Assembly: GCA_040755855.1 (NCBI GenBank)
Contig: JBFMAD010000002.1
Coordinates: 1 to 64,000 of the forward strand
Length of the DNA: 64,000 nucleotides
Origin: Planctomycetota bacterium
GTDB lineage: Bacteria; Planctomycetota; Brocadiia; JAADGH01
Reading direction: 5' to 3'
Shown: piece after piece, positions 29,193 to 38,266 of the stretch
Numbering within the stretch: the first letter of the stretch is position 1
Layout of the letters: the number at the start of each line of letters is the position of its first letter
The notes under the pieces: generated by a model
The model's input: only the letters and a program-made list of their open reading frames with translations
The model's database searches: none
Told to the model about the DNA's origin: nothing
Made by a program: the position numbers and the translations under genes

Positions 29193-32038
29193 TTCAATGC
29201 GGCCTTTGCCTCCTCATCTGTCGGGCGGTAGTCCGGGTCGTCGCAGACGCAGAGGCAGTCGAGGCGGGGGTTGTCCTGGGCCACGGCGCCGCCCTCGCGG
29301 CCGTAGATGCGGAAGGTGAAGGGCCCCTTCGGGAGCTTCAGGGCGATGGGACTGCCGGGCGGCGCATCCGCAAAGCCGCCGCCTCGCCCGGTCCAATGCC
29401 ACTTCGCCTCGTTCTGGCCGCAGTTGCCGAGGACGATCGGTTTGGCCGCCTCCTCGCCCCCGCCTTGCGGAACGAGCCAGAAGGACTCGTCCGCCGGCCG
29501 GGTGTAGCGCAGGCGCGCCCAGATCGTCCATAGGCCCTCCCGCGGCAGGTCCACCGTGTACTCGCAGTACGCATTGCCAAGGTCTTTGCCGCCGGGGGCC
29601 ACCGCGCAGACGATCACGTCGCCGACGGCGTCCGGCTCGGCGATCCCCGCGTCCGCGCCCTTTAGCATCCTGCCCTGGATGGTCTTCGGCGTTTCGCCTT
29701 GAATCCAGAGCTTCGCCGCCTGGCGCCCCTCGAAGGTCCCCTTGTCCAGGATGGCCCGGACTTCCTTAGCCGGGATGCCGTCGAAGACGAGCGTGGTGCG
29801 CCAGTTGGTGACGGGGATCGTCACCTTGCCCTCGGCCTTGGCGAGTTCGACCGGTTCGCCCAGGAACGTGATGGCCGTCACGCGCTTCGGATCAACCTCA
29901 AGCGTCAGCTTTCCGTCCTTGACGTAGTGCCAGACAGTGGCGACCGACCCGCCGTTCAGGTCGCCGACGAAGGACCGTACGTCCTGTGTGCCGGCGACGG
30001 AGGGCATCTCGTGCACCTCGACGAACTGCCGCCGGTCCTGGCCCTGGAGGAGGATGAAGTCGCGGCCCATCTCTTTGATCTTCTCGCGGGTCGCTTCGTC
30101 CACCTTGCCGCCCAGACGGAGGTCTTCATAGATTTTGACGATCTCGAGAATCTGCGGGGTGAGGGGGTGCTCCTCCATGTTGCGGAAACTCGCCTGCAGG
30201 GAGAGCGGCTGGTTGTAGGCCAGGGCCTTGACCATGAGATACTCCGCCTCGTCGAGCTGGAGGCCGTCGCTGTATTTGTTCTTTGGCCAGATGCCGAACC
30301 AGCCCAGCTCGCCGGGCATGAGGGACTCTTCCATGCGCATGCAGTACTTGATGGACTTGTCAATGTGCTCCTTCACCGTCACCCACTTGACCTCCTTGCC
30401 CTGGACGGTGAAGATGAGCGTGCGCTTCATCCGGCCGTCCACCTCCTCCACCACGCGGCGGTAGTCCGTCGCCCCGCCGTAGGAGCTCATGTAGCCGCCG
30501 AGGGTGTTCATGTAGTGATCCACCGTCGCGCTGTGGGCGAAGGAGTGCCAGAGGCGGTGGGTCATGCAGGTACCAAGGTGGAGGATCGGGCGTTTTGTGA
30601 ACTTGCTCATGGTCATGGCCTGGTTCTTCGTGATGTAGTAGTCGAACCGCCGTCGGTCCACGTCCTCGCCGCCGTCGAAATAGACCATGTCGAAGCCGCA
30701 GTAGTTGAAGACCTCGGCCAGGTTGGACGTCACCTCGTCAATGAGGTCGGTCTCCTGGTCAATGATGTAGCCGTCAATGCAGCCGTCCACGCCGAAGTGG
30801 TAGCCCGTGTCGCCCGCCTTGTGGGCGGCGGCCTGGGTCTTCCACGCGCCGCGCTTGCAGCCGAGGAAGGTATCGAACTTGCCCTCGGGGCCGATGGTTT
30901 CGTATTGGACGATCTCGTCTCCGAGGATTACCTCCTGGTGCTTCTTGACGCCCCCCTCCCACGCCTTCTGCTTGCAGGCTGGGCTGCCGGGCCACTGGTC
31001 GAGGCTTTCCTTTGCGTGGATCTCCGTCTGCTCGGCTGTGACGTCCCCGGCGAGCGTGCACTGCATGTCCTTCCAGAAGCGCTTGTCGGGGACGGGCGTC
31101 ACGTAGGGATCGGTCTTCTTCACCTTCGACGCAAAGGTGTGCGCGCCGACGAGGATGCCGTTGGCGTGGAGCTTGTCAATCATCGCCTTTAGGCTCTCCC
31201 TGCCGTTGGGGAAGTTGGCGAGGTTGATGGGGTAGTGCCCCGCCGCTGTGGACCATGCGCCGAAGGAGAGCATGACCTGCTTGATGCCGGTCCGGTTGCA
31301 GTAGTCAATGACCTTGTCCACATCCTTCTCGCCGAAGCTCATGAACCAATAGGACCCCTTTGTGATTGGGAGGTCCTTCACCGGCACGCCGTCCTTCGTG
31401 TTGGTCGGCAGGCCGAAGGCCTCGGCGGCCTTCTGCAGGAGCGGTTTCACCTCGGCCATGGGGCAGAGGATGAGGGCGCACGCCGCGCCCTCGATCTTCG
31501 GTCCGGGGAAGTCCTGCGTCGTGGCTGTCAGGTCGGCGTATCCCTTCTGGGCCCGGGCGGCGCCGGTGGCCTGCATGTTTGCCGCCATGAGGCAGATGGC
31601 CAGGTCCTTGTCGCGGGCGATGCCGAGTCGCTGGCCGATGGTCTCGGTGAGCGTCACCGGGACGCGGAGCATCGTGAGGCGCTCGGGCCGCGGGCCGGAG
31701 ACGGACTGGATGCGGAAGACGATCCAGTCGGCAACCGGCTCGACCTCATAGACCAGTTGTGTGTTGTTCTTTGCAAACTTGATCGTGAGGAGCTTGCCGT
31801 CCATGGACGCGGCGGCGGCCTGATCGCCCTGCTCATTGAAGCGGCCGTCGGCGACAGGGACGGGGCTTCCGGCGTAGCACCACTCCTTGCCCGTGCGCTT
31901 ATCCACGACGGACTTCCAGGCGGCGTTGTCGCCGAGGACGAGCTTCACGCGGTCGTTTTCGATGATCGCATCGGCAAGAACCGCCTGTGTGAAGATCGCC
32001 CCGATCAGCCCAATGACCATGATACATCTTCTCATCAT
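29189..32038 (-). CDS. Large secreted hypothetical protein, possible unclassified glycoside hydrolase
   Basis: Signal peptide; FPNG...LK..ID.LH..GI.VG.H and VYFDGGE resemble a TIM-barrel GH; C-terminal beta-sandwich. Confidence 0.55.
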   Translation of the reverse strand: MMRRCIMVIGLIGAIFTQAVLADAIIENDRVKLVLGDNAAWKSVVDKRTGKEWCYAGSPVPVADGRFNEQGDQAAAASMDGKLLTIKFAKNNTQLVYEVEPVADWIVFRIQSVSGPRPERLTMLRVPVTLTETIGQRLGIARDKDLAICLMAANMQATGAARAQKGYADLTATTQDFPGPKIEGAACALILCPMAEVKPLLQKAAEAFGLPTNTKDGVPVKDLPITKGSYWFMSFGEKDVDKVIDYCNRTGIKQVMLSFGAWSTAAGHYPINLANFPNGRESLKAMIDKLHANGILVGAHTFASKVKKTDPYVTPVPDKRFWKDMQCTLAGDVTAEQTEIHAKESLDQWPGSPACKQKAWEGGVKKHQEVILGDEIVQYETIGPEGKFDTFLGCKRGAWKTQAAAHKAGDTGYHFGVDGCIDGYIIDQETDLIDEVTSNLAEVFNYCGFDMVYFDGGEDVDRRRFDYYITKNQAMTMSKFTKRPILHLGTCMTHRLWHSFAHSATVDHYMNTLGGYMSSYGGATDYRRVVEEVDGRMKRTLIFTVQGKEVKWVTVKEHIDKSIKYCMRMEESLMPGELGWFGIWPKNKYSDGLQLDEAEYLMVKALAYNQPLSLQASFRNMEEHPLTPQILEIVKIYEDLRLGGKVDEATREKIKEMGRDFILLQGQDRRQFVEVHEMPSVAGTQDVRSFVGDLNGGSVATVWHYVKDGKLTLEVDPKRVTAITFLGEPVELAKAEGKVTIPVTNWRTTLVFDGIPAKEVRAILDKGTFEGRQAAKLWIQGETPKTIQGRMLKGADAGIAEPDAVGDVIVCAVAPGGKDLGNAYCEYTVDLPREGLWTIWARLRYTRPADESFWLVPQGGGEEAAKPIVLGNCGQNEAKWHWTGRGGGFADAPPGSPIALKLPKGPFTFRIYGREGGAVAQDNPRLDCLCVCDDPDYRPTDEEAKAALK

Positions 32039-32236
32039 GTCATCTCCTCTTGCGAACCTGTCGCCTGTCCGGATTTCTGCAGCCAGCCGTGTGAGTTATA
32101 GTCGGACAGGATAAGCAAGTCAAGGGACTGCGCAGTCACGTCTGTCCATCCCCCTATCAGGGTTTCAGATTTTATGCTCGCTTCCTATGATCGAATTATG
32201 GTATTATAGATTAAAATAAATTAAGGTGTAACTCTG

Positions 32237-33574
32237 TTGCATCTTGGAGATTTTTTAGTGCTTGGGAGTGAAGACGTGTGGAACGGGGGACAGGGCAGTC
32301 CCATCGGCAAGCCGCGCATCCCTCTGTTTGAGACGGTGGTGGGCCTGTCGAACGCGATGGACCTCGTCAATCCGGGGCTGGTGGACCACCACAAGCGCGT
32401 GGCCTATATCGCGCTCAGCATCGGCGCGGAGATGGGGCTGTCCTATGGGGAGCAGACAAATCTGCTCTGGGCCGGACTGCTGCACGACAGCGGCGCGATC
32501 TCGCTGAAAGAGCGGCGCGGGGTGTCCGCCTCGGCGCACCTGGACCCGGAGAAGCACGCCAAGCTGGGCTATCTGCTCTTCAAGGATTTCGGCCCCTTTG
32601 CCGAGGTGGCCACGCTCATCCGCTATCATCAAACACCGTGGCGCGGCGGCGCGGGGGCAGAGGCCGACGGGAACGGAGCGCCGATCGGCAGCCACATCCT
32701 CCACCTGGCGGACCGGGTGGCGGTGCTGCTGCGAGACCAGAAGAAGGTCCTCCAGCAGGCCGAGGGGATTGTGAAGGAGATTGCGGCCCAGAGCGGCAAG
32801 CTCTTCCTGCCGGACATCGTGCAGGTGTTCATGGGGCTCGCGGCGAAGGAGTGTTTCTGGCTCGACGCCACCTCTCCCTCCATCGGCTCGATCCTGGAGC
32901 GGCGGTCTGTCTCGGTGATCGTGGAGCTCGACATGAGCGAGCTCATCGACCTGGCGAAGCTCTTCTGCCAGGTGATTGACTTCCGGAGCCGATTCACGTC
33001 CACCCACTCCAGCGGCGTCGCCGCAACGGCCGAGAAGCTGTTTTCCCTGGTCGGCTCGTCGGGGGCCGAGGCCGCAATGATGAGGGCGGCGGGGTACCTT
33101 CACGATCTGGGGAAACTGGCGGTCCCCCTGGAGATCCTCGACAAGCCCGCCGGCCTGACGCAGGACGAGTTTCGGGTCATGAAGACCCACCCCTTCCATA
33201 CCTACCGCATTCTGGAGACGATCGAGAACCTGCACACGGTCAACGAATGGGCTTCCCTCCACCACGAGCGCCTTGACGGCAGCGGCTATCCGTTCCATCA
33301 TCGGGCCGAAGGCATCACGCTCGGATCACGCATCATGGCGGTCGCCGACCATTTCGTCGCCATGACGGAGGACCGACCCTACAGACAGGGAATGCCCACA
33401 TCCCAGGTGCTGCGCCTCATGCACGAGGAGGTGGAGGCGCGCTGGCTGGATCCCGACGTCGTGCACGCCCTGGCGAGACACTCCAACGAGGTCAACGACG
33501 TCCGCATCGCCGGCCAAGCCGCGGCCTACACGGAATATCAAGAGCTTGCGCGGCAGTTTGACGCAATATCTTGA
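32237..33574 (+). CDS. Double HD / HD-GYP phosphodiesterase
   Basis: LHDSG and LHDLGK; HHERLDGSGYP; DRPYR motifs. Confidence 0.9.
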   Translation: MHLGDFLVLGSEDVWNGGQGSPIGKPRIPLFETVVGLSNAMDLVNPGLVDHHKRVAYIALSIGAEMGLSYGEQTNLLWAGLLHDSGAISLKERRGVSASAHLDPEKHAKLGYLLFKDFGPFAEVATLIRYHQTPWRGGAGAEADGNGAPIGSHILHLADRVAVLLRDQKKVLQQAEGIVKEIAAQSGKLFLPDIVQVFMGLAAKECFWLDATSPSIGSILERRSVSVIVELDMSELIDLAKLFCQVIDFRSRFTSTHSSGVAATAEKLFSLVGSSGAEAAMMRAAGYLHDLGKLAVPLEILDKPAGLTQDEFRVMKTHPFHTYRILETIENLHTVNEWASLHHERLDGSGYPFHHRAEGITLGSRIMAVADHFVAMTEDRPYRQGMPTSQVLRLMHEEVEARWLDPDVVHALARHSNEVNDVRIAGQAAAYTEYQELARQFDAIS

Positions 33575-33717
33575 TCCCGAATCCCTTGGCCGCCATGCAC
33601 CGCATGAACTTACAGGGGAAATCCTCTCTCGCCCCTCCCGCAACACCAGGACCGCCAGGCAATGGTTGCTGAGCGGTATTTCCGACGTATAGCCGCCCCC
33701 TGTAAAGAGTTTTATTC

Positions 33718-33746
33718 TTGACATAACCCCTTGATTCGGCTATTCT
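33718..33746 (+). promoter_or_regulatory. Sigma70 promoter of tRNA-Phe
   Basis: TTGACA-17 bp-TATTCT. Confidence 0.65.
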
Positions 33747-33783
33747 CAGGTATCAAGGTATCAGGGGTAATAACGCAAACGGT

Positions 33784-33859
33784 GGGCGGGTAGCTCAGCT
33801 GGTAGAGCACAGGACTGAAAATCCTGGTGTCACCGGTTCGACTCCGGTTCCGCCCACCA
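33784..33859 (+). tRNA. tRNA-Phe(GAA)
   Basis: Cloverleaf with CAGGA-CTGAAAA-TCCTG anticodon arm, GGTTCGACTCC T-arm and CCA end. Confidence 0.97.
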
Positions 33860-33968
33860 TGTACCCGCCCAACAAAGTACGAAAGCTGGTAGCCATTGCG
33901 CGAAACATCCGACATGTCGGCCAATCACGCCAGCGCCGTTCCCAACGAAAGCTGAGGGAGTGTTACCG

Positions 33969-35453
33969 ATGTCAAAGCGACGGTTGCTCTGGGTCCTTGG
34001 CGCGATCCTCCTGGTCGCCCTGTGCATTCGCCCCGCCGGGGCCAAGCGCGGCGACGTCTATTCCGAATACCGCGCCTTTACGGGGATCGTGGACAAGATC
34101 GTGACCCACTATGTGGACAAGGTGGATCGCAAGAACCTCTTCGAGGGCGCCTGCCAGGGGATGCTCAATACCCTCGACCCCTACAGCCAGTTCATCAGCC
34201 CCGATATGCTGAAGGAATTCAACGACAATACCCAGGGCGAGTTCGGCGGCCTGGGCATCGAGATTGACATGCGCGGCGGCCTCCTCACCGTCATTACGCC
34301 CATCAAGGACTCCCCCGCCTATCGCGCCGGCGTCATGGCCGGCGACATCATCCTCGCCATCGAGGAGGAACCGACCGAGGGCATGACCCTCCACCAGGCG
34401 GTGAACAAACTCCGCGGCCCCGTGGGCAAACCGGTCACCATCACCGTGGTCCATGAGGGCGGGCGCGACACCGAGAAGATCAAGATCGTCCGGGAGCTGA
34501 TCCAGATCCCCACCGTCGAGTACAACATGCTCGACAAGGACGCCGGCATCGGGTACGTCCATCTGAGGAACTTCATCAAAAACAGCTCCGAGAAGACCCG
34601 CGACGCCATCGAGGACCTGAAACGCCAGGGCATGAAGGGACTCATCTTCGACCTGAGAAACAATCCCGGTGGGCTGTTCCCCAGCGCCGTCGAGGTGGCC
34701 GACCTCTTCCTCTCCGGCGGGGTTATCGTCCGGACCCGCGGCCGCAACGAGGAGCTCGTCCGCGAGGAGAAGGCCCACCCCGAGACCGTCGGCGATTTCA
34801 ACCTCGTGGTGGTGATCAACAAAGGCAGCGCCAGCGCCTCCGAGATCGTGGCCGGCGCCATCAAGGACAACCGGCGCGGCATCCTCGTCGGCACCAAGAC
34901 ATACGGCAAGGCCACTGTCCAGAGCCTTATCACCGTGGACATGGGCGAGGAGGACGGCAAACCCGTCGAAGGGGCGCTGAAACTCACCACGGCCCGATAC
35001 TACACCCCCAGCGACGTCTCAATTGACAAGAAAGGCATCGTCCCCGACTTCGAGGTGGACATGACCCGCGAGCAGCAGATCGCCCTCCTGCGCCAGCAGC
35101 GACGCGACTTCCTCAAAAAACAGCGGCGAGAACCCGACCAGAAAGAACCCGTCGAAGAACCCAAAAAACTCGAAGACGAGGGGGACAAGGACAGGGAGGA
35201 CCTGATCCCCGATCAGGATAGCTCCAGCGAAGGGAAACTCCGACGGATCCTCAATAACTTTGATCGGGGCCGTCTCTCCATCAGCGAGGCGCTTGAACAG
35301 ATCATGTCCGTTGCCGGCGGCGCCGATGCGGAGATCGCCCCCGCGGTGCGGAGCGAGGAGGTCGTGGACTTGCAGATTCAGCGGGCCGTGGATATCCTAA
35401 AGGTCTACGACATGATCCACGCCCAAATGGCGGCAAAAGCCCCAGCGAAATGA
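33969..35453 (+). CDS. ctpA: S41 carboxy-terminal processing protease (PDZ)
   Basis: LDPYS, FGGLGI, DLRNNPGG, SASASEIVAGA, TYGK and LTTARYYTP motifs. Confidence 0.9.
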   Translation: MSKRRLLWVLGAILLVALCIRPAGAKRGDVYSEYRAFTGIVDKIVTHYVDKVDRKNLFEGACQGMLNTLDPYSQFISPDMLKEFNDNTQGEFGGLGIEIDMRGGLLTVITPIKDSPAYRAGVMAGDIILAIEEEPTEGMTLHQAVNKLRGPVGKPVTITVVHEGGRDTEKIKIVRELIQIPTVEYNMLDKDAGIGYVHLRNFIKNSSEKTRDAIEDLKRQGMKGLIFDLRNNPGGLFPSAVEVADLFLSGGVIVRTRGRNEELVREEKAHPETVGDFNLVVVINKGSASASEIVAGAIKDNRRGILVGTKTYGKATVQSLITVDMGEEDGKPVEGALKLTTARYYTPSDVSIDKKGIVPDFEVDMTREQQIALLRQQRRDFLKKQRREPDQKEPVEEPKKLEDEGDKDREDLIPDQDSSSEGKLRRILNNFDRGRLSISEALEQIMSVAGGADAEIAPAVRSEEVVDLQIQRAVDILKVYDMIHAQMAAKAPAK

Positions 35454-35462
35454 CCTTGGCCG

Positions 35463-36497
35463 ATGCGGATTCTCGGGATCGAAACCTCCTGTGACGAAAC
35501 CGCCGCCGCCATAGTGGAAGACGGCGTCACCATCCTCGGCAGCGCCATCGCCTCCCAGCAGCAGCTCCACCTCAAATTCGGCGGCATCGTGCCAGAGATC
35601 GCCTGCCGGGCCCACATCGAATCCATCATCCCCGTCCTCCACCAGGCCCTCCGCGAGGCCCGGCTCGCGCTCGGCGACATTGACGCCGTCGCCGTCGCCC
35701 ATCGCCCCGGCCTCATCGGCGCGCTGCTCATCGGCCTCACGGCCGCCAAGACCCTCGCCTGGGTCCTCGACGTCCCTCTCGTCGCCCTGAATCATCTCGA
35801 GGCCCATCTCTACGCCTGCAACATGGGCCGCCCCGACCTGGAATACCCCGTCGTCAGCCTCCTCGTCTCCGGCGGCCACACCAGCCTCTGGCTCAGCCGA
35901 AGCGAGACCGACCACTCCCGCCTGGGCGCCACCCTCGACGACGCCGCCGGCGAAGCCTTCGACAAGGTCGCCAGCGTCATCGGCCTCGGATACCTCGGCG
36001 GGCCGATGGTGGACGCCGCCGCCAAAAAGGGCGACCCCAACCGCATCGTCTTCCCGCGAACCTATCTCGACAAGGACTCCCTCGACTTCAGTTTCAGCGG
36101 TCTCAAGACCGCCGTGCTTTACCACTGTTTCGGACACGGCGCGAAACGCCCCGTCGAGCGATCGCCCCTCTCTGAGCAGGAAGTGGCGGACATCGCCGCG
36201 GGCTTCCAGGAGGCTGTCGTTGATGTCCTGGTGGACAAGGCCCTCCTGGCCGCCCGGCGCGAAGGCGTGGACGGCATCGCCGTGGGCGGCGGCGTCGCCG
36301 CCAACTCCCGCCTCCGGGAGCGGCTGGCACGGGCCTGCAAGGAAAAGAATCTTAAACTCTATCTCCCCCCGATGAACCTCTGCACCGACAATGCCGCCAT
36401 GATCGCGGGGCTGGCTTTTCACAAACTCCAAAAAAGACAGACATCCGATCTTTTTGTTGACGCCGCGCCGACAGGAGCGCCCTATGAACCGAACTGA
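35463..36497 (+). CDS. tsaD: tRNA N6-adenosine threonylcarbamoyltransferase
   Basis: ILGIETSCDET, NHLEAH, VSGGHT, DDAAGEAFDK, FSFSGLKT and TDNAAMI motifs. Confidence 0.97.
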   Translation: MRILGIETSCDETAAAIVEDGVTILGSAIASQQQLHLKFGGIVPEIACRAHIESIIPVLHQALREARLALGDIDAVAVAHRPGLIGALLIGLTAAKTLAWVLDVPLVALNHLEAHLYACNMGRPDLEYPVVSLLVSGGHTSLWLSRSETDHSRLGATLDDAAGEAFDKVASVIGLGYLGGPMVDAAAKKGDPNRIVFPRTYLDKDSLDFSFSGLKTAVLYHCFGHGAKRPVERSPLSEQEVADIAAGFQEAVVDVLVDKALLAARREGVDGIAVGGGVAANSRLRERLARACKEKNLKLYLPPMNLCTDNAAMIAGLAFHKLQKRQTSDLFVDAAPTGAPYEPN

Positions 36498-37302
36498 ACT
36501 CAAGAAACTCCTGTCCGCCGTGAAGGCGGGCAGGCTGTCCGTGGGCGATGCGATGGAGAGGCTCCGATCCCTGCCGTTCCATGACCTCGGCCACACGCGG
36601 GTGGACCTGCACCGCGAGCTGCGCTGCGGGTTCCCCGAGGTCGTGTTCTGTGAGGGAAAGACGACGGAGCAGATTCTCCACATCCTCGATGTGCTTGTGA
36701 AAGGCGGCGGGCCGGCCCTCGCCACGCGCGCCGCGCCTCACGTGTTTGAAGCAGTGCTTGCAAAACACCCCGACGCTCACTATAATGAAGCGGCTCGGAT
36801 GATCGTGATCCGGAAAAAACCGCCGAAGGTGGCCGGCGGCCTGATCCTGATCGTCACGGCCGGCACGTCGGACATCCCCGTAGCCGAGGAGGCCCGCGTC
36901 ACCGCCGAGGCGATGGGCAACCGGGTAGAGACGCTCTACGACGCCGGCGTGGCGGGGATCCACCGTCTGCTCAGCAGCCACGGCGATCTGGCCAGGGCAA
37001 ATGTCCTCGTCGTCGCGGCGGGGATGGAGGGGGCCTTGGCCAGCGTCGTCGGGGGGCTGGTGGACCGACCGGTGATAGCCGTGCCCACGAGCGTGGGCTA
37101 CGGCGCCAGCTTCGGCGGCGTCGCCGCGTTGCTGGGCATGCTCAACAGCTGCTCCGCAAATGTGTGCGTCGTGAACATTGACAACGGATTCGGGGCCGGC
37201 TACGTGGCCTCGCTGATCAATCAGACCGGGACCCGGCGGATGGAAAAGGATACCCCGCGCAATGCGACTCGTCAAAAAACTCCCAAAACTCGCCCCTCGT
37301 GA
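36484..37302 (+). CDS. larB: Nickel pincer cofactor biosynthesis protein LarB
   Basis: D.HR..R.GFPEVVF..GKT, AGTSD.PVAEEA, AGMEGAL, VPTSVGYGASFGG and VVNIDNGFGA motifs. Confidence 0.93.
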   Translation: MNRTELKKLLSAVKAGRLSVGDAMERLRSLPFHDLGHTRVDLHRELRCGFPEVVFCEGKTTEQILHILDVLVKGGGPALATRAAPHVFEAVLAKHPDAHYNEAARMIVIRKKPPKVAGGLILIVTAGTSDIPVAEEARVTAEAMGNRVETLYDAGVAGIHRLLSSHGDLARANVLVVAAGMEGALASVVGGLVDRPVIAVPTSVGYGASFGGVAALLGMLNSCSANVCVVNIDNGFGAGYVASLINQTGTRRMEKDTPRNATRQKTPKTRPS

Positions 37303-38203
37303 GCCGGACAGCCACAAGGGCTCCTACGGCACGGTCCAGGTGATCGCCGGGTCGCGCACGATGAGCGGCGCGGCCTACCTCTGCTGCCAGGGCGCCCTGC
37401 GCAGCGGCGCGGGGCTGGTCATCCTCGGTACTCCCGACCGAAGCGCGCGCATCCTTGCCCCGCAACTCCCCTGCTGCCTGGTGCAGCCCATGCCCCAGAC
37501 GAAGGCCGGGGCGCTGGCCGAGGCTGCGATTCCTCCGGCGCTCAACACCGCAAAGCGCGCCGACGTCGCCGCCATCGGGCCGGGCATCTCCCGAGAGGAG
37601 GAGACGAAGCGCATGATCGTGACCCTCCTCCAGCAACTCGAAATACCCATCGTCCTCGACGCGGACGGTCTCAACAACGTGGCCAACGATCTCTACGCAA
37701 TTGACGGACGGGAGAAGCGGATCGTCGTCACGCCCCACCCGCGCGAGATGGCCCGCCTCATGGGGCTGAAGTCCGCCGCCGACGTCCAGGGCAATCGGGT
37801 CAAGACTGCCATGGTCTTCGCCGAACGCTACGACGCGGTCGTCGTGCTGAAGGGTCACGAGACGATTGTCACCGACGGCGACCGGATATTCATCAATCCC
37901 ACGGGCAACCCCGGCATGGCAACGGGCGGGTCGGGCGACGTGCTGACCGGCATGATCGCCGCGCTGATCGCCCAGGGCCTCGACACATTTGAGGCGTCCA
38001 CCCTCGCCGTCTATGCCCACGGCCTGGCAGGCGACCTGGCGGCGAAGAAATTCGGCCAGATTTCCATGATCGCCACGGACATCGTGGACGCCCTGCCCGA
38101 GGCCTTCCAGGATCTGGTGCGCACGGAGTTCCGGTTCAACGCCAAGAATAACGGGGCGGATGATCGCATGAAAGGCGACGATGCTCCTCCGAAGAGTGAC
38201 TGA
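37262..38203 (+). CDS. nnrD: ADP-dependent NAD(P)H-hydrate dehydratase
   Basis: DSHKG.YG, IGPG, LDADGL, TPH..E and ATGGSGDVLTG motifs. Confidence 0.92.
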   Translation: MRLVKKLPKLAPREPDSHKGSYGTVQVIAGSRTMSGAAYLCCQGALRSGAGLVILGTPDRSARILAPQLPCCLVQPMPQTKAGALAEAAIPPALNTAKRADVAAIGPGISREEETKRMIVTLLQQLEIPIVLDADGLNNVANDLYAIDGREKRIVVTPHPREMARLMGLKSAADVQGNRVKTAMVFAERYDAVVVLKGHETIVTDGDRIFINPTGNPGMATGGSGDVLTGMIAALIAQGLDTFEASTLAVYAHGLAGDLAAKKFGQISMIATDIVDALPEAFQDLVRTEFRFNAKNNGADDRMKGDDAPPKSD

Positions 38204-38266
38204 TGGGATTGACTGTCCAGAACGATACGTTGTGCTGATATACAAGATTCAGGAGGTCGGCGGAAC

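Noticed and set aside
33861..33875. CCGCCCAACA echoing the tRNA-Phe 3' end (possible att scar)
   Set aside because: Only about 10 bp with a mismatch; no integrase or island follows.
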